Part shown: positions 10,720-21,818 of the stretch, piece after piece
Layout: each line of letters opens with the position of its first letter
Numbering within the stretch: position 1 is the first letter of the stretch
Source: an uncultured Pelagibacteraceae bacterium
GTDB lineage: Bacteria > Pseudomonadota > Alphaproteobacteria > Pelagibacterales > Pelagibacteraceae
NCBI GenBank assembly: GCA_902516345.1
Contig: CABXYJ010000003.1
Span: 16,280 to 80,279, forward strand
Direction of reading: 5' to 3'
Length of the DNA: 64,000 nucleotides
Position numbers and translations under genes: made by a program
The notes under the pieces: model-generated
What the model was told of the DNA's origin: nothing
The model's database searches: none
The model's input: only the letters and a program-made list of their open reading frames with translations

Positions 10720-11510
10720 AAATTATTTCAATCATTAATCAAAAAGGTGGAGTGGGCAAAACCACAACTGTTATAAACTTAGCCTCGGCTTTATCTCAAC
10801 TTGGTAAGAAAATTTTAATAATTGATCTTGATCCTCAAGGAAATGCAACAACAGGATTGGGAATATCAAATATGGAAAGTTCAGAGCAAACTATTTATGG
10901 AATTCTTAATGGAGCTAAAGAAATTTCAGATGTCATTAGGAAAACAAAATTCCAAAATTTAGATTTGATAACTTCAAATGTTGATTTATCTGGAATAGAG
11001 GTTGAAACAGCAGGTGATAATGATAGAGCATTCATTTTAAGCATAAAATTAAGCGCTTATTTAAACGATTCTAGCGCATCTTATGATTATGTCTTAATTG
11101 ACTGTCCTCCATCTCTAAGTCTCCTAACTGTGATGGCGTTGGTTGCTTCAAATTCGCTGTTAGTGCCCCTGCAAACTGAGTTTTTTGCTTTAGAAGGTTT
11201 AACACAGCTAATGAAAACGATAGAACGTATAAAAATTAGATTAAACCCGAAATTAAATATTCAAGGCATACTTTTGACAATGTATGATAGAAGAAACAAG
11301 CTATCTTCTCAAGTAGAGAGTGAGGCGAGGAATTATTTTAAAAACAAAGTTTATCAAACTGTCATACCACGTAATGTAAGGTTATCAGAAGCACCGTCTC
11401 ATGGAGTGCCGGTTTTGGTATATGATAAAAATTGTCCTGGTAGCAAGTCTTATTATAATTTTACGAATGAATTTATCAATCAAGAAAACAAAATAGGGAG
11501 TGCAGCTTAA
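10716..11510 (+). CDS. parA: Chromosome partitioning ATPase ParA
   Basis: NQKGGVGKTTT, DLDPQGNAT, IDCPPSL, IPRNVRLSEAPSHG. Confidence 0.97.
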   Translation: MKIISIINQKGGVGKTTTVINLASALSQLGKKILIIDLDPQGNATTGLGISNMESSEQTIYGILNGAKEISDVIRKTKFQNLDLITSNVDLSGIEVETAGDNDRAFILSIKLSAYLNDSSASYDYVLIDCPPSLSLLTVMALVASNSLLVPLQTEFFALEGLTQLMKTIERIKIRLNPKLNIQGILLTMYDRRNKLSSQVESEARNYFKNKVYQTVIPRNVRLSEAPSHGVPVLVYDKNCPGSKSYYNFTNEFINQENKIGSAA

Positions 11511-12352
11511 TGAATAGCATAAAAAAAGGATTAGGAAGAGGTCTTTCATCATTGATTGGAGAAAGTAAAGTTTTCTCAAGTACAAATAAATTATCTTTAA
11601 GTGATATTGTTCCAAATCCATATCAACCAAGAAAAGATTTTGATGAAGATAATTTAAAAGATTTAACTCAATCAATAAAAGAGAGGGGTGTTATCCAACC
11701 AATTATTGTTAGAAAGTCAAATTCAGGTAATTTAAAATATGAAATAATTGCTGGTGAAAGAAGATGGCAAGCCGCTAGGAAAGCCGGTCTTCATGATATT
11801 CCAGTTGTAGTGACAGATGTGGATGATTTGAAATCGTTAGAATTTGCAATTGTTGAAAATGTTCAGAGACAAGATCTTAACCCATTGGAAGAAGCTCAGG
11901 GTTATAAAAGATTAATAGATGAATTTTCATATGATCAAGAAAAAGTTTCTAAATTTATTGGTAAAAGTAGGAGCTATATAACAAATTGCTTAAGATTATT
12001 AAATTTACCCTTTGAGGTACTAAAATTAATTGAAGAAAAAAAATTATCATTTGGACATGCTAAAATCATAGTTGGTTTAGATAATGCAATTTTTGTCGCA
12101 AATAAAATTATAGAAAAAAAATTGTCTGTCAGGCAAGCTGAAAATTTTGTTAAAATCTTTAAGAAGAAACCATTTAAAGGCAATAATTTTAAAGATCCTA
12201 ATATTAAAAATTTGGAGTACTCAATTTCTGAAAAGACTGGTTTAAATGTTTCAATTAAAAGCGACAAAAAGAATAAAGGTACAATTACTTTTTCTTATCA
12301 TGATCATGAACAGTTAAATAAAATTATAGATATTATCAAATCTAATTACTAA
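11510..12352 (+). CDS. parB: Chromosome partitioning protein ParB
   Basis: GLGRGLSSLI, PNPYQPRK, IIAGERRW, ENVQRQDLNPLEEA, HTH GKSRSYITN. Confidence 0.97.
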   Translation: MNSIKKGLGRGLSSLIGESKVFSSTNKLSLSDIVPNPYQPRKDFDEDNLKDLTQSIKERGVIQPIIVRKSNSGNLKYEIIAGERRWQAARKAGLHDIPVVVTDVDDLKSLEFAIVENVQRQDLNPLEEAQGYKRLIDEFSYDQEKVSKFIGKSRSYITNCLRLLNLPFEVLKLIEEKKLSFGHAKIIVGLDNAIFVANKIIEKKLSVRQAENFVKIFKKKPFKGNNFKDPNIKNLEYSISEKTGLNVSIKSDKKNKGTITFSYHDHEQLNKIIDIIKSNY

Positions 12353-13337
12353 TTTTTTTGCTTTGACCTAGAATAAAATCTAACAATATTTTCACTGAAT
12401 TAACGCTGTTTTTTTTAATTAAAATCTCTGTATCATTAATTGTATTAATTAGTTTTTCAGTTTTCTCCGAGTTATAGTTTTTTATTTGTTGTTTAACTAA
12501 TTCAATATCTTTCCAAAAAATAGGAGGTTTAATAGATTTAATAACCTCATCTAAGTTACTTTTAAATTTTGTCTCATTATTAATTTCTAATAGTCTTTTT
12601 GCTTTAGTTAAGAATGTTCTTATAATAATTATTGTATCTTCATATGAAAAAATATTTTCATTAACCATATTTATTATTTTTTTCTCATTTTTGGCTAGAC
12701 AATTATCAACTAATTCAGAATAGCTATTATTATTACTCATGTTTGTAAGCTTCATAATTTCTTCTAAATTAATTTTTTTTCTACCAATTAAAAAGTTTTC
12801 AATTTTATCAATCTCATTTTTAAGGTTTTGTCTATCGCCATTTGCTCGATTAATTAATAGATTAATTATTTCTTGAGAAACTTGAATTTCAACTTTTCTA
12901 AAAAAATTTATTAAAATTTTGTTTAAGGATTGATAATTATCAGCATAAAATGGAATACAAACAAATTCTTTTTTCTTTTCAAACAATGATCTTAATTTTG
13001 ATTTTTTTTCTAATTTATCTGAAACTAAAATTAAATAAATATCTTGGATTTTTTTTTCAATTAATTCCTCTATTATTTTGGTGATTTTATTTGTTACACC
13101 TGAAACTATAATAAGTTTTTCATTTTCAAATAAAGATTTATTGAAGATTTCATCAAAGAAATTGTTTTGATTTTGGATTACTTGATTTTCGGCAAAATTA
13201 TAGACATTATTTGTTAATACTTTCTTAAAATTATCCTCAATAAGCTCCTTTTTAAGCCCCTGATTTTCTCCATATAACAAAAAAATATTAAATTTTTTTA
13301 TATCTATTTTTTTCAACTCAAAAGATTTTACAATCAC
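12342..13337 (-). CDS. holA: DNA polymerase III delta subunit
   Basis: LLYGEN, LEKKSKLR, GDRQNLKNEIDK, PPIFWK; leuS-lptE-holA order. Confidence 0.9.
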   Translation of the reverse strand: MIVKSFELKKIDIKKFNIFLLYGENQGLKKELIEDNFKKVLTNNVYNFAENQVIQNQNNFFDEIFNKSLFENEKLIIVSGVTNKITKIIEELIEKKIQDIYLILVSDKLEKKSKLRSLFEKKKEFVCIPFYADNYQSLNKILINFFRKVEIQVSQEIINLLINRANGDRQNLKNEIDKIENFLIGRKKINLEEIMKLTNMSNNNSYSELVDNCLAKNEKKIINMVNENIFSYEDTIIIIRTFLTKAKRLLEINNETKFKSNLDEVIKSIKPPIFWKDIELVKQQIKNYNSEKTEKLINTINDTEILIKKNSVNSVKILLDFILGQSKKISN

Positions 13338-13795
13338 TGGACGGCGCTTAAATAATTGTTTATTTTAAAAATTACTTGGTTTACTAAGTCTCGAATTAAT
13401 ATTTCCTCGTATTGTTTTAATTCAAATTTACTTTGAGCAGCATTATAATCAGTTTTTTCACTAAACGAAATTTGATTTTTAGAATTATCAACTTTTACAA
13501 CATCAATATCTATAAAAATTTCAATTCTATAAGTTAAATCATTTCCAGTCGCATCTTTAGATGTAGTTGTTTTTATTATTTTGCTGTTCGTAATTAATTT
13601 ATAAGTTTTTGGTAAACTTTGTTTTTGTTGAAACCTTTTAAAATTATTTTCCAATAAATTATTTATTTTCCTTTCTCCATTTAATTCGTAATCTGATATG
13701 AAAAATTTATAATTTTCTATATTATTTGCAATTTTATAACCACAAGAAGCTTGAAAAAAAAATATTATTAATAGAAAAATTTTTGTAATTTTCAT
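13334..13795 (-). CDS. lptE: LPS assembly lipoprotein LptE-like
   Basis: Lipobox-like ASCGY after a hydrophobic signal; position between leuS and holA. Confidence 0.75.
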   Translation of the reverse strand: MKITKIFLLIIFFFQASCGYKIANNIENYKFFISDYELNGERKINNLLENNFKRFQQKQSLPKTYKLITNSKIIKTTTSKDATGNDLTYRIEIFIDIDVVKVDNSKNQISFSEKTDYNAAQSKFELKQYEEILIRDLVNQVIFKINNYLSAVQ

Positions 13796-16338
13796 TTGAT
13801 TATTAGATTAATAATTCTATTTGGTACAAAAATTTTCTTTTTAATTTCTTTCTCACCCATAAATTTCTTTATTCTTTCATTACTTTTTAAAATCTTCAAT
13901 AATTCTTTTTCATTTATGTTTCTTTCCACATTTATCATTTCTCTTTTTTTTCCATTAATTTGGACCACGATATTAATTTTTTCATCTTCTAACATTTGAT
14001 TATTAATTTTTGGCCAAGAATTGTCATTGCTTTTATAACTTAACAAATCGTTAAAACATTCTGAGGTAAAATGAGGTAGAAAAGGACTCATTAATTTTAA
14101 AATTATAAAATAATTTTCCAAAAGAGTCTTTTTTTTCGTTGGATTGACAAGCTCTTTACTCATAAAATTATACATTTCATAAAAGTTTGCAACAATTACA
14201 TTATATCTAAAATTTTCTAAATTATTTGTAATTTTTTGGATTAAAGAATTAGTATATTTTGAAATTAGTTGATCATTTATACCTTTTTCATCAATATTAA
14301 TTTTATCTAATATTTTTTTATGTAGCCCCCATAGTTTTTGAATAAATTTATATGACCCCTCCATTCCTTCGGTGGACCATTGAACATCTTTTTCTGGAGG
14401 ACTATCTGAGACTATAAATAATCTCACAGCGTCCGCTCCATAATTTTCAATCATTTCTTCAGGATCAATTGTGTTTTTTTTTGATTTTGACATGGATTCT
14501 GTTGGACCAACTTTAACTTTTTTATTATCTGAAATTTTAAAAAAACTTTTTCCATCTTTTGAATATACTTCATCAGGATTAAGCCAATTATTACTTTCAT
14601 CTTTATAGGTTTCATGACAAACCATCCCTTGAGTAAACAATCCCTTAAATGGCTCATCAAACTTAAAATCACTATTCTGATATTTCAAAGCTCTCATAAA
14701 AAAACGTGAATAAAGTAAATGCAAAATCGCATGTTCTACTCCTCCAATGTATTGATCAACAGGCATCCAATAATCAATGTCCTCTTTTTTGAAACCATAA
14801 TCATTCTCTTTTGGTGAGCAAAATCTAAGATAATACCACGAAGAGCATACAAAAGTATCTAGAGTATCTGTTTCTCTTACAAATTTTTTTCCTTTAATTA
14901 AAATATTTTTCCATTCATCTGCAAAATCTAATGGATTACCTTTGGTATCAAGATTAACATTTGATGGAAGTGCAACAGGTAAGTCTTCTATTGGTATAGT
15001 GGTTGGGTTACCATTTTCATCATAGGCTATCGGAATTGGGCATCCCCAGTATCTTTGCCTTGAAACACCCCAATCTTTTAAGCGAAAATTAATTTTTTTA
15101 TTTCCTAATTTTTTGTTTTCTAAAATCTCAATTGTTTTTATAACTGATTTTTCTGGAACTTTTAACCCGTTTAAAAATTCTGAATTTATTATCAAACCGG
15201 GTCCAGAGTAAGCCTCTTTATCAACTTTAAAATCATCCCCTTTATCATCTGGTCTAACTACTGTTTTAATTTCTAGATTATATTTTTTTGCAAAATCAAA
15301 ATCTCTTTGATCATGAGCAGGACATCCAAAAACAGCACCAAACCCATAATCCATTAAAACAAAATTAGCGAAGAAAACTGGAACTTTTTGTTTAGGATCT
15401 AAAGGATTTATGGCCATTAGATTTGTCTTAAATCCGATCTTCTCACCTATTGCAATTGCTTCTTCAGTTGTACCAGTTTTTGAACATTCTTTTTTAAATT
15501 CTCTAAACTTTTTATCTTCTAAAAAATATTTTGATATTTCATGATCTACTGAAAGAGCCAGAAATGAAAATCCAAATAAAGTATCTGGTCTTGTTGTAAA
15601 ACATTTTATTTCTTTGACAGGTAATTCACCTTCAGTTTTAAATTTTATTTCACAACCAAATGATTTACCAATCCAATTTTTTTGCATTATTTTTACTTTA
15701 TTTGGCCATTCTTTTAGATAGTTTAAGCCTTCAAGAAGTTCTTCCGAAAATTTTGAAATATTAAAAAACCATTGGTTTAATTTTTTTCTTTCAACAATTG
15801 CTCCTGACCTCCATCCCTTGCCATCAATCACTTGTTCATTTGCCAAAACGGTTTTATCAACAGGGTCAAAATTTACATAATTTTCTTTTCTATAAACTAG
15901 ACCTTTTTCATACAGTTCAAGAAAAAAAAGTTGTTGATGTTTATAATATTCCTTTGAACAAGTTGAAATCTCTCTATCCCAATCAATTGATAAACCAAGC
16001 TTTTTGAGTTGTGTTTTCATAATAGAGATATTTTTATTTGTCCAATCTTTTGGGTCTAGATTATTTTCTCTGGCAGCATTTTCTGCAGGCATCCCAAAAG
16101 CATCCCATCCCATAGGATGTAACACGTTATAGCCGAGCATCATTTTATAACGTGCTAACACATCTCCAATCGTATAATTTCTTACATGTCCCATGTGTAT
16201 TTTTCCAGATGGGTAAGGAAACATTTCAAGGACATAAAACTTCTTCTTTTTTTTATCAATTGATGTTTTGTATGTCTGATTTTCATCCCAAAACTTTTGC
16301 CACTTTTTTTCAATTGTATTAAAATTATATCTATCCAT
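13792..16338 (-). CDS. leuS: Leucine--tRNA ligase (ATG at 16338 preferred over TTG at 16347)
   Basis: [35 protein letters not shown]. Confidence 0.98.
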   Translation of the reverse strand: MDRYNFNTIEKKWQKFWDENQTYKTSIDKKKKKFYVLEMFPYPSGKIHMGHVRNYTIGDVLARYKMMLGYNVLHPMGWDAFGMPAENAARENNLDPKDWTNKNISIMKTQLKKLGLSIDWDREISTCSKEYYKHQQLFFLELYEKGLVYRKENYVNFDPVDKTVLANEQVIDGKGWRSGAIVERKKLNQWFFNISKFSEELLEGLNYLKEWPNKVKIMQKNWIGKSFGCEIKFKTEGELPVKEIKCFTTRPDTLFGFSFLALSVDHEISKYFLEDKKFREFKKECSKTGTTEEAIAIGEKIGFKTNLMAINPLDPKQKVPVFFANFVLMDYGFGAVFGCPAHDQRDFDFAKKYNLEIKTVVRPDDKGDDFKVDKEAYSGPGLIINSEFLNGLKVPEKSVIKTIEILENKKLGNKKINFRLKDWGVSRQRYWGCPIPIAYDENGNPTTIPIEDLPVALPSNVNLDTKGNPLDFADEWKNILIKGKKFVRETDTLDTFVCSSWYYLRFCSPKENDYGFKKEDIDYWMPVDQYIGGVEHAILHLLYSRFFMRALKYQNSDFKFDEPFKGLFTQGMVCHETYKDESNNWLNPDEVYSKDGKSFFKISDNKKVKVGPTESMSKSKKNTIDPEEMIENYGADAVRLFIVSDSPPEKDVQWSTEGMEGSYKFIQKLWGLHKKILDKINIDEKGINDQLISKYTNSLIQKITNNLENFRYNVIVANFYEMYNFMSKELVNPTKKKTLLENYFIILKLMSPFLPHFTSECFNDLLSYKSNDNSWPKINNQMLEDEKINIVVQINGKKREMINVERNINEKELLKILKSNERIKKFMGEKEIKKKIFVPNRIINLIIK

Positions 16339-16393
16339 AAATCTCAAATTTATTATAAAAATTCTATTTTAACAGAAAATTTTGGATTTCCTT

Positions 16394-16993
16394 TTAATTA
16401 CCACCTGGCTGATAAGGATCATCAGGACCAATTTTTTTTCTATTTTTTTCGACTTCTTTTTCAGTTTGAATTAATTTTAATTCAGCAGCTTTACGCAAGA
16501 TAGCTAATTTTAATTCTTGACCGATAGTGTCATTATCATTCACTGAAGTTGAACAATTGTTAAGATTATCTGCTTTACATCTTTTATTGTATACAATTAC
16601 TTTTAAGCCATCAGCTCTAATTTCATTTGACAAAAATTGAACCATAATCTTAATAGATTCATTGTCTGGACTATTTTCATTATACCAATCAGTAATTATT
16701 ACTCCTCCACCATAATCCACATTTGAAAGTGGCATAAAATCAAGTATATCAACTGTAGCTCTCCACATTTCATTTGATGTTGCAAATTCAAATTTTCCAG
16801 ATCCCTTTCCACCAAATTGACCGAACTTAATTTTTTTTCCTTCCTCCATGTTTTTTTTAGCTCTCTCTTTCGCATTAACAGGAACTTTTCTTGCATCTGT
16901 TTTTTTGTATAAACCACATTGAGCAATCAATAAAAAAATAGCACTTAGTAAGGTTAATTTCTGGAAAAATAGGTTAAAATGCTTTATATTCAT
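16394..16993 (-). CDS. DUF3576 domain lipoprotein
   Basis: Signal peptide with Cys, MWRATVDILDFMPL..VDYGGGVIITDWY; conserved position upstream of leuS. Confidence 0.8.
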   Translation of the reverse strand: MNIKHFNLFFQKLTLLSAIFLLIAQCGLYKKTDARKVPVNAKERAKKNMEEGKKIKFGQFGGKGSGKFEFATSNEMWRATVDILDFMPLSNVDYGGGVIITDWYNENSPDNESIKIMVQFLSNEIRADGLKVIVYNKRCKADNLNNCSTSVNDNDTIGQELKLAILRKAAELKLIQTEKEVEKNRKKIGPDDPYQPGGN

Positions 16994-17047
16994 AGGATTT
17001 TAACAATCATTAATTGTTAATAATAATAATTCAATATATTTCAAATA

Positions 17048-17065
17048 TGTGGTATTTTTGCAACA
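17048..17065. promoter_or_regulatory. Imperfect palindrome TGTGGTA-TTTT-TGCAACA (TGT-N12-ACA), candidate operator upstream of porin
   Basis: Dyad in the divergent DUF3576/porin intergenic region. Confidence 0.4.
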
Positions 17066-17172
17066 ATATTACTTAAAATTGGAAAAATCAATGTATATAT
17101 CGATTAATTTCATAATAAATTGATAAAAAAGCCTCTCATAATTAATTAATTAATTAAAGAAAAGGAGTAATT

Positions 17173-18195
17173 ATGAAAAAACTAACAAAAATTGGTGTAT
17201 CAGCATTAGCTGGTTCACTAGTCGCTGCATCTGCGCAAGCAGGCGAATTGTCAGCATCTGGTACTTGGGAACTTACTTTCAAGTCAGACGACAAAGAGCA
17301 AGCAGCTAACCCTTTTGGAAGTAAATCAGCTATCACATTAAGTGGTTCTGGTGATGTTGACGGAGTAGGAACTGCAGCGTTTTTTGCAGTCATAAACGAC
17401 AACAATCCAGCAGGTTATCTATCACATGAAATCTCATTAGATATGGGTGACATGGGTACATTTGGTTTTGACCAAGGCGTAGGTACATACGGCGTAAGCG
17501 TGATCGATGATAAATCACCGACTGCTTGGGAAGAATCATGGCACAACACTAACAACTCATCAGCTCAGTTGACTCACACAGGTGGATCAGGTGGTGTACT
17601 AGGTTATGCAAATACATTTGGTGGATTTAGTCTTTCAGTAGAGTATGCACCTGCATTAACTTCAGCAGATAACGGTGATGGTGCTTCTGGTGGAGACAAC
17701 ACATCAATGGCGAACGGTTCAAACGTTAACTTTAACATTCAAAACAGTGAATTAATCGAAGGTTTAGCTTTCGGTTTTGGTGCTGGTGAAAGTGAGTACG
17801 ATGACACTGTTGCTGGTTCAGGAAATGATGATGGCTCTTCTGTAGTTGGTTATGCTAACTATACGATGGGATCTATCACAGCTGGTGTAACTTTATCAGA
17901 CTCTAGCAACGCTAGATCTGCTACAAACGCTAATGATGGTGGAAGAGAAGTTGAAGCTTACGGTATAGCAATGGCTGTAAATGAAAACTTGTCTGTTTCT
18001 TATAATGAACACAACACTACTTTCAAGAAAGCGGGTGCTGGTCCAGATATTGAGCAAGAAGCAACTGGTATTGCAATCTCATACACAATGGGTGGAGCTA
18101 CTTTAGCTATACAAAACAACAGTATGGATAACGTAGGCGGTACTGCATCTTCTAACGATGAAATTACAGAAATTAGTTTGTCATTAGCATTCTAA
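17173..18195 (+). CDS. Major outer-membrane porin (Porin_4-like), probably highly expressed
   Basis: Sec signal peptide (..SAQA|G), Gly/Ser/Asn-rich beta-strands, C-terminal SLSLAF (BAM signal), AAGGAG RBS at 17162-17167, strong AAC/GAC/TTC/GGT codon bias, own terminator. Confidence 0.9.
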   Translation: MKKLTKIGVSALAGSLVAASAQAGELSASGTWELTFKSDDKEQAANPFGSKSAITLSGSGDVDGVGTAAFFAVINDNNPAGYLSHEISLDMGDMGTFGFDQGVGTYGVSVIDDKSPTAWEESWHNTNNSSAQLTHTGGSGGVLGYANTFGGFSLSVEYAPALTSADNGDGASGGDNTSMANGSNVNFNIQNSELIEGLAFGFGAGESEYDDTVAGSGNDDGSSVVGYANYTMGSITAGVTLSDSSNARSATNANDGGREVEAYGIAMAVNENLSVSYNEHNTTFKKAGAGPDIEQEATGIAISYTMGGATLAIQNNSMDNVGGTASSNDEITEISLSLAF

Positions 18196-18216
18196 TTTAA
18201 AGTAATTAAATTATTT

Positions 18217-18248
18217 AAACGGCCCTTTTTTAAGGGCCGTTTTTTTTT
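18217..18248 (+). terminator. Rho-independent terminator of porin
   Basis: AAACGGCCCTT-TTTT-AAGGGCCGTTT followed by a T-run. Confidence 0.93.
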
Positions 18249-18281
18249 GCTCATTGCAATTAATAGGTATAAAATATTGTA

Positions 18282-19754
18282 ATGACGATTAGTGATGAGC
18301 AACTTAAATCAGAAATAGACAAAGCTTTATTTAATTTCAAAAATCAAAATTATTTTAAATCTATACAAATTTTAGAGGTATTAAAGAACAAAAGAAATCA
18401 TTTTTTAATATTCTGGTATTTAGGACATTCATTTTTTAGAGTTCATAATTATAATTCTGCTATAAATTGCATTAAAAAATCGATCAAATTAAAAAAACCC
18501 GATCATTTAAATCTGAATTTTCTGGCTGAAATCTACCACAGAATAAATCGTTACGATGAGTCGATTAAGTTATTTAAGGAAGCACTAGTCCTAGATAAAA
18601 AAAACACGGTGACTTTGTTTAATCTTGCAAATATTTATCTTGAGTTAGGTGAATTAAATTTGGGTGAAAAATATCTAATAGAGGTTATCAATTATGAGCC
18701 TACTAATTTTAGAGCATGGTATGAAATTATTAAAATTAATGATAAATATTTAACTCCTGATTTGGTACAAAAAGTTGAAGAATTCGCTACTCAACCAAGT
18801 GACAATAATTTAAATTATATTTATTCAAAATTAATAATTGCTGAAAATTTTAAAAAGAATAAAAATTATAGTGCAGAGCTGGATAATCTTTTAGAAGCAC
18901 ATAGCAAATACTCAAATATAAAAGATAAAGCAGGAAGGGAGGAATTTAATTATTTTACAAATTTATTACCTAAATTTATTTCAAAAATAAAAAATGATAA
19001 TTTACAAATTAACTGTGAATTAAAACCTATTTTTATAATGGGCTTACCAAGATCAGGCACAACCCTTATTGAGTACATAATTTCATCAGCTCCAAATATT
19101 ATGCCAGGAGGTGAAACTGAAGTACTAAGTAAAGTTTTTTTTTCTGAAAAGATTATCTTTAATTATAATGCAAAAAATTTGATAACTGATTTTAAATTTA
19201 AAAAAAAAGATTTTGAAAAATTAAAAATTTTGATATTAAATCAATACAGTCAATTAGGTATTGATAATTCAAATAAGTGTTTTACTGATAAATCCTTAGA
19301 AAACTTTTTATACATTGAATTAATCCAAAAAATTTTCCCTAAAGCTAAATTTGTTTATTGTAAAAGGAATAAACAAGCAAATTTTTTGGGAATATTAAAG
19401 GTTTTTTTACCAAATTTACTTTGGACACATTCAACAAATAAAATAATCAAGATGATGAATTTATATGAAAAAAAAATTAAAAAATTAACAAATGATAAAA
19501 AAATTAAAATTAAAATAATTGAATTAGAAGATTTCTCTGAAAATCCAAAAAAGATATCAAAAGACCTATTTGACTTTTTGGATATTGATTCGAGAGATGA
19601 TTTGGATTTTATAGGTAAGAAAAATAATGAAAAAAAAATAATAAAAACACGAAGTAACTTACAAGTAAGGAATCAAATTTTAAAACATGATTTAAGTTAC
19701 TTGGAACATTATCGTCCTCTACTAAATAAATTTGAGATTAAAAAATTGAATTAA
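18282..19754 (+). CDS. TPR-containing sulfotransferase family protein
   Basis: N-terminal TPRs; PIFIMGLPRSGTTL (5'-PAPS loop), FTDKS, FPKAK; the 3'-PB motif is degenerate (KRNKQANFLG). Confidence 0.85.
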   Translation: MTISDEQLKSEIDKALFNFKNQNYFKSIQILEVLKNKRNHFLIFWYLGHSFFRVHNYNSAINCIKKSIKLKKPDHLNLNFLAEIYHRINRYDESIKLFKEALVLDKKNTVTLFNLANIYLELGELNLGEKYLIEVINYEPTNFRAWYEIIKINDKYLTPDLVQKVEEFATQPSDNNLNYIYSKLIIAENFKKNKNYSAELDNLLEAHSKYSNIKDKAGREEFNYFTNLLPKFISKIKNDNLQINCELKPIFIMGLPRSGTTLIEYIISSAPNIMPGGETEVLSKVFFSEKIIFNYNAKNLITDFKFKKKDFEKLKILILNQYSQLGIDNSNKCFTDKSLENFLYIELIQKIFPKAKFVYCKRNKQANFLGILKVFLPNLLWTHSTNKIIKMMNLYEKKIKKLTNDKKIKIKIIELEDFSENPKKISKDLFDFLDIDSRDDLDFIGKKNNEKKIIKTRSNLQVRNQILKHDLSYLEHYRPLLNKFEIKKLN

Positions 19755-21274
19755 TTTAAATTAGAAAAAAGATCATTTAAATCATTCTTATATATTTCAT
19801 ATTTTTTTAAAGATGTTTTATATATTGGTTTATTGGCTTGGTTAAAGCTCACAGTTTTAATTGGACTATCACTTTTATAAAATTCTAAGCATTCTTTTTC
19901 CCAATTCAAATCACAAGATTTTATAAGTTCTTTTATCTTTATTTCTGGACTCGATATTAAATCTTCATATTTAATATTGATAAAAGAATTTTTGAAATAT
20001 CGACACCAAAATTCCATAAGATCTTTATATAAAATGTAATACTCAGCCAGTTCATTTATGTCTGAATTCCAGCCTTGAGGAGCGTCGAATAAATTTTCAT
20101 AAATTGATAAGCAATTATCTTTTGGATTTCTTATAACATGAACTATTTTTGCTTCTGGAAAAAAAATTTTAATAAAACCTAAATACCAAAAATTTGTCAA
20201 AGTCTTATCTAGTATAACTTTGTTGTCAGTATTAAAACATTTTATAAAATTTTTATATAAAAAATCAAAATCTAACTTTAAAAACTTTTCGAAGTCTTTG
20301 TAACTTCTTTTTATTTCTTTATATATTTTTTCAGGAATAAAATTTGACTCACTTATTGACGAAACTTTTGAATGAGTCGAAATTATTTTTTCGACTAAAG
20401 TGGTCCCAGACCTGGGCATACCTAATACAAAAATATAACCTTTACCTTTTCCTTTCTGAACAAATTTTTCATACTTAATTTTTGAAAAATAAGATTTAAT
20501 TTTTTCTGATAAAGATTTATGTGTTTGAATGTTATAATTAATTAATTTCCTCTGTTCTTGATTAGAAATTTTTAAGTAATATAAGGATTTTTCATAATTA
20601 TTTAAATCCCTGTAAACTTTATTTAATCCAAAATATAAATAAATTTTTTGATTGTTATCTAAATTTAGCTTTTCTAATTTATTTATCATTTTCATAATAT
20701 GAGGATTATTTTCTTGATATTTTTCCAAAGAAGTCATTTTTTGATCTGCAATTGTGAATTTATTATCTATTGTTGTTGCCTCATTAAGATGTTTTTTTGC
20801 AAGATCTATTTTATTTATCGAACGATAAACATTAGAAATATTTAGGTGTACTATGGGTAGATTTCTATCTAGTTTTAAAGCTCTATTATAATAGTCAATA
20901 GCTTCTTGTAGAAAATAAGTATCATTTTTGATATTTCCTAAATTTACAAGTGCATTTATATTTTTTGGATTAATTTCTATAGATTTAATTAGATATTCCT
21001 CAGCTTTATTATAATCTTTTAAATATTTATAAGAAAGACCTAAATTATTAAAAGCAGAAAAATTTTTAGAATTTATATTAATTGCATTTTCGAAACAATC
21101 AATTGACCTTTCTACATTGGAAAGTTTCTGAAAACTAAGTCCAACTAGGTTCCATACAAAATCGTTATCATTTTTTTTAAGTATAACCATTGAGTCATTC
21201 ACGACTTCTTGGAATTTTTTATACTCAAACTTTCTAATTAAGATTTGAATTTTTTCTTTAAGTTTTTTTGACAT
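19751..21274 (-). CDS. TPR-containing sulfotransferase family protein (ATG 21274 preferred over TTG 21289)
   Basis: Several TPRs (AFNNLG, ALVNLGN); IFVLGMPRSGTTL, LDKT, RNPKDNCLS, YEDL, VSFNQANKPIY. Confidence 0.9.
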   Translation of the reverse strand: MSKKLKEKIQILIRKFEYKKFQEVVNDSMVILKKNDNDFVWNLVGLSFQKLSNVERSIDCFENAININSKNFSAFNNLGLSYKYLKDYNKAEEYLIKSIEINPKNINALVNLGNIKNDTYFLQEAIDYYNRALKLDRNLPIVHLNISNVYRSINKIDLAKKHLNEATTIDNKFTIADQKMTSLEKYQENNPHIMKMINKLEKLNLDNNQKIYLYFGLNKVYRDLNNYEKSLYYLKISNQEQRKLINYNIQTHKSLSEKIKSYFSKIKYEKFVQKGKGKGYIFVLGMPRSGTTLVEKIISTHSKVSSISESNFIPEKIYKEIKRSYKDFEKFLKLDFDFLYKNFIKCFNTDNKVILDKTLTNFWYLGFIKIFFPEAKIVHVIRNPKDNCLSIYENLFDAPQGWNSDINELAEYYILYKDLMEFWCRYFKNSFINIKYEDLISSPEIKIKELIKSCDLNWEKECLEFYKSDSPIKTVSFNQANKPIYKTSLKKYEIYKNDLNDLFSNLN

Positions 21275-21818
21275 TTTTATTGTTTTCAAAATATCTTATA
21301 CCAGCAAAACCATCTATATTAATTAACTTTAATTTTTTGATATTACTTTTATTAATCCCCCCTAATGCAATAATAGGTTTTTTTGTAAATTTAGTTAGAT
21401 TGTTAAATTTTAATACATCTAGGGTTTTATTTGATTTTTTAGTTTTAAATAAGGGAGCAAGAAAAATTTGTTCAACTTTTTGTTTTTCTTTGTGTCTAAT
21501 CTCACTAATTGAGTGTGCAGAACCAATAAGAATGAAGTTTTGAAAATTTCCAAATTTCCTATGATTTAGTTCCTTATTGAAAGATGGTATATAAGCTCCA
21601 TCTAACCTTAATTTAAAAGCAAGTTTTAAATTATTAGAAATTATAAATTTTACTCCAAGTTTTTTACAAGCTTTTTTGTATTTTATTAATTTTTTTTTAT
21701 TTATTTTAGACTTATAATTCCTATAAATAAGGCAAAAATTTTTATTATAATCAAAAATATTTCTTATATTTAAATTATCTATAAAGTGGTAAATATTCTG
21801 TAAATTTTTATTATGCAT
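21258..21818 (-). CDS. Thiamine phosphate synthase (ThiE/TenI) family protein
   Basis: GSAHSISE, IFLAPLFKTK, PIIALGGIN. Confidence 0.8.
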   Translation of the reverse strand: MHNKNLQNIYHFIDNLNIRNIFDYNKNFCLIYRNYKSKINKKKLIKYKKACKKLGVKFIISNNLKLAFKLRLDGAYIPSFNKELNHRKFGNFQNFILIGSAHSISEIRHKEKQKVEQIFLAPLFKTKKSNKTLDVLKFNNLTKFTKKPIIALGGINKSNIKKLKLINIDGFAGIRYFENNKNVKKT

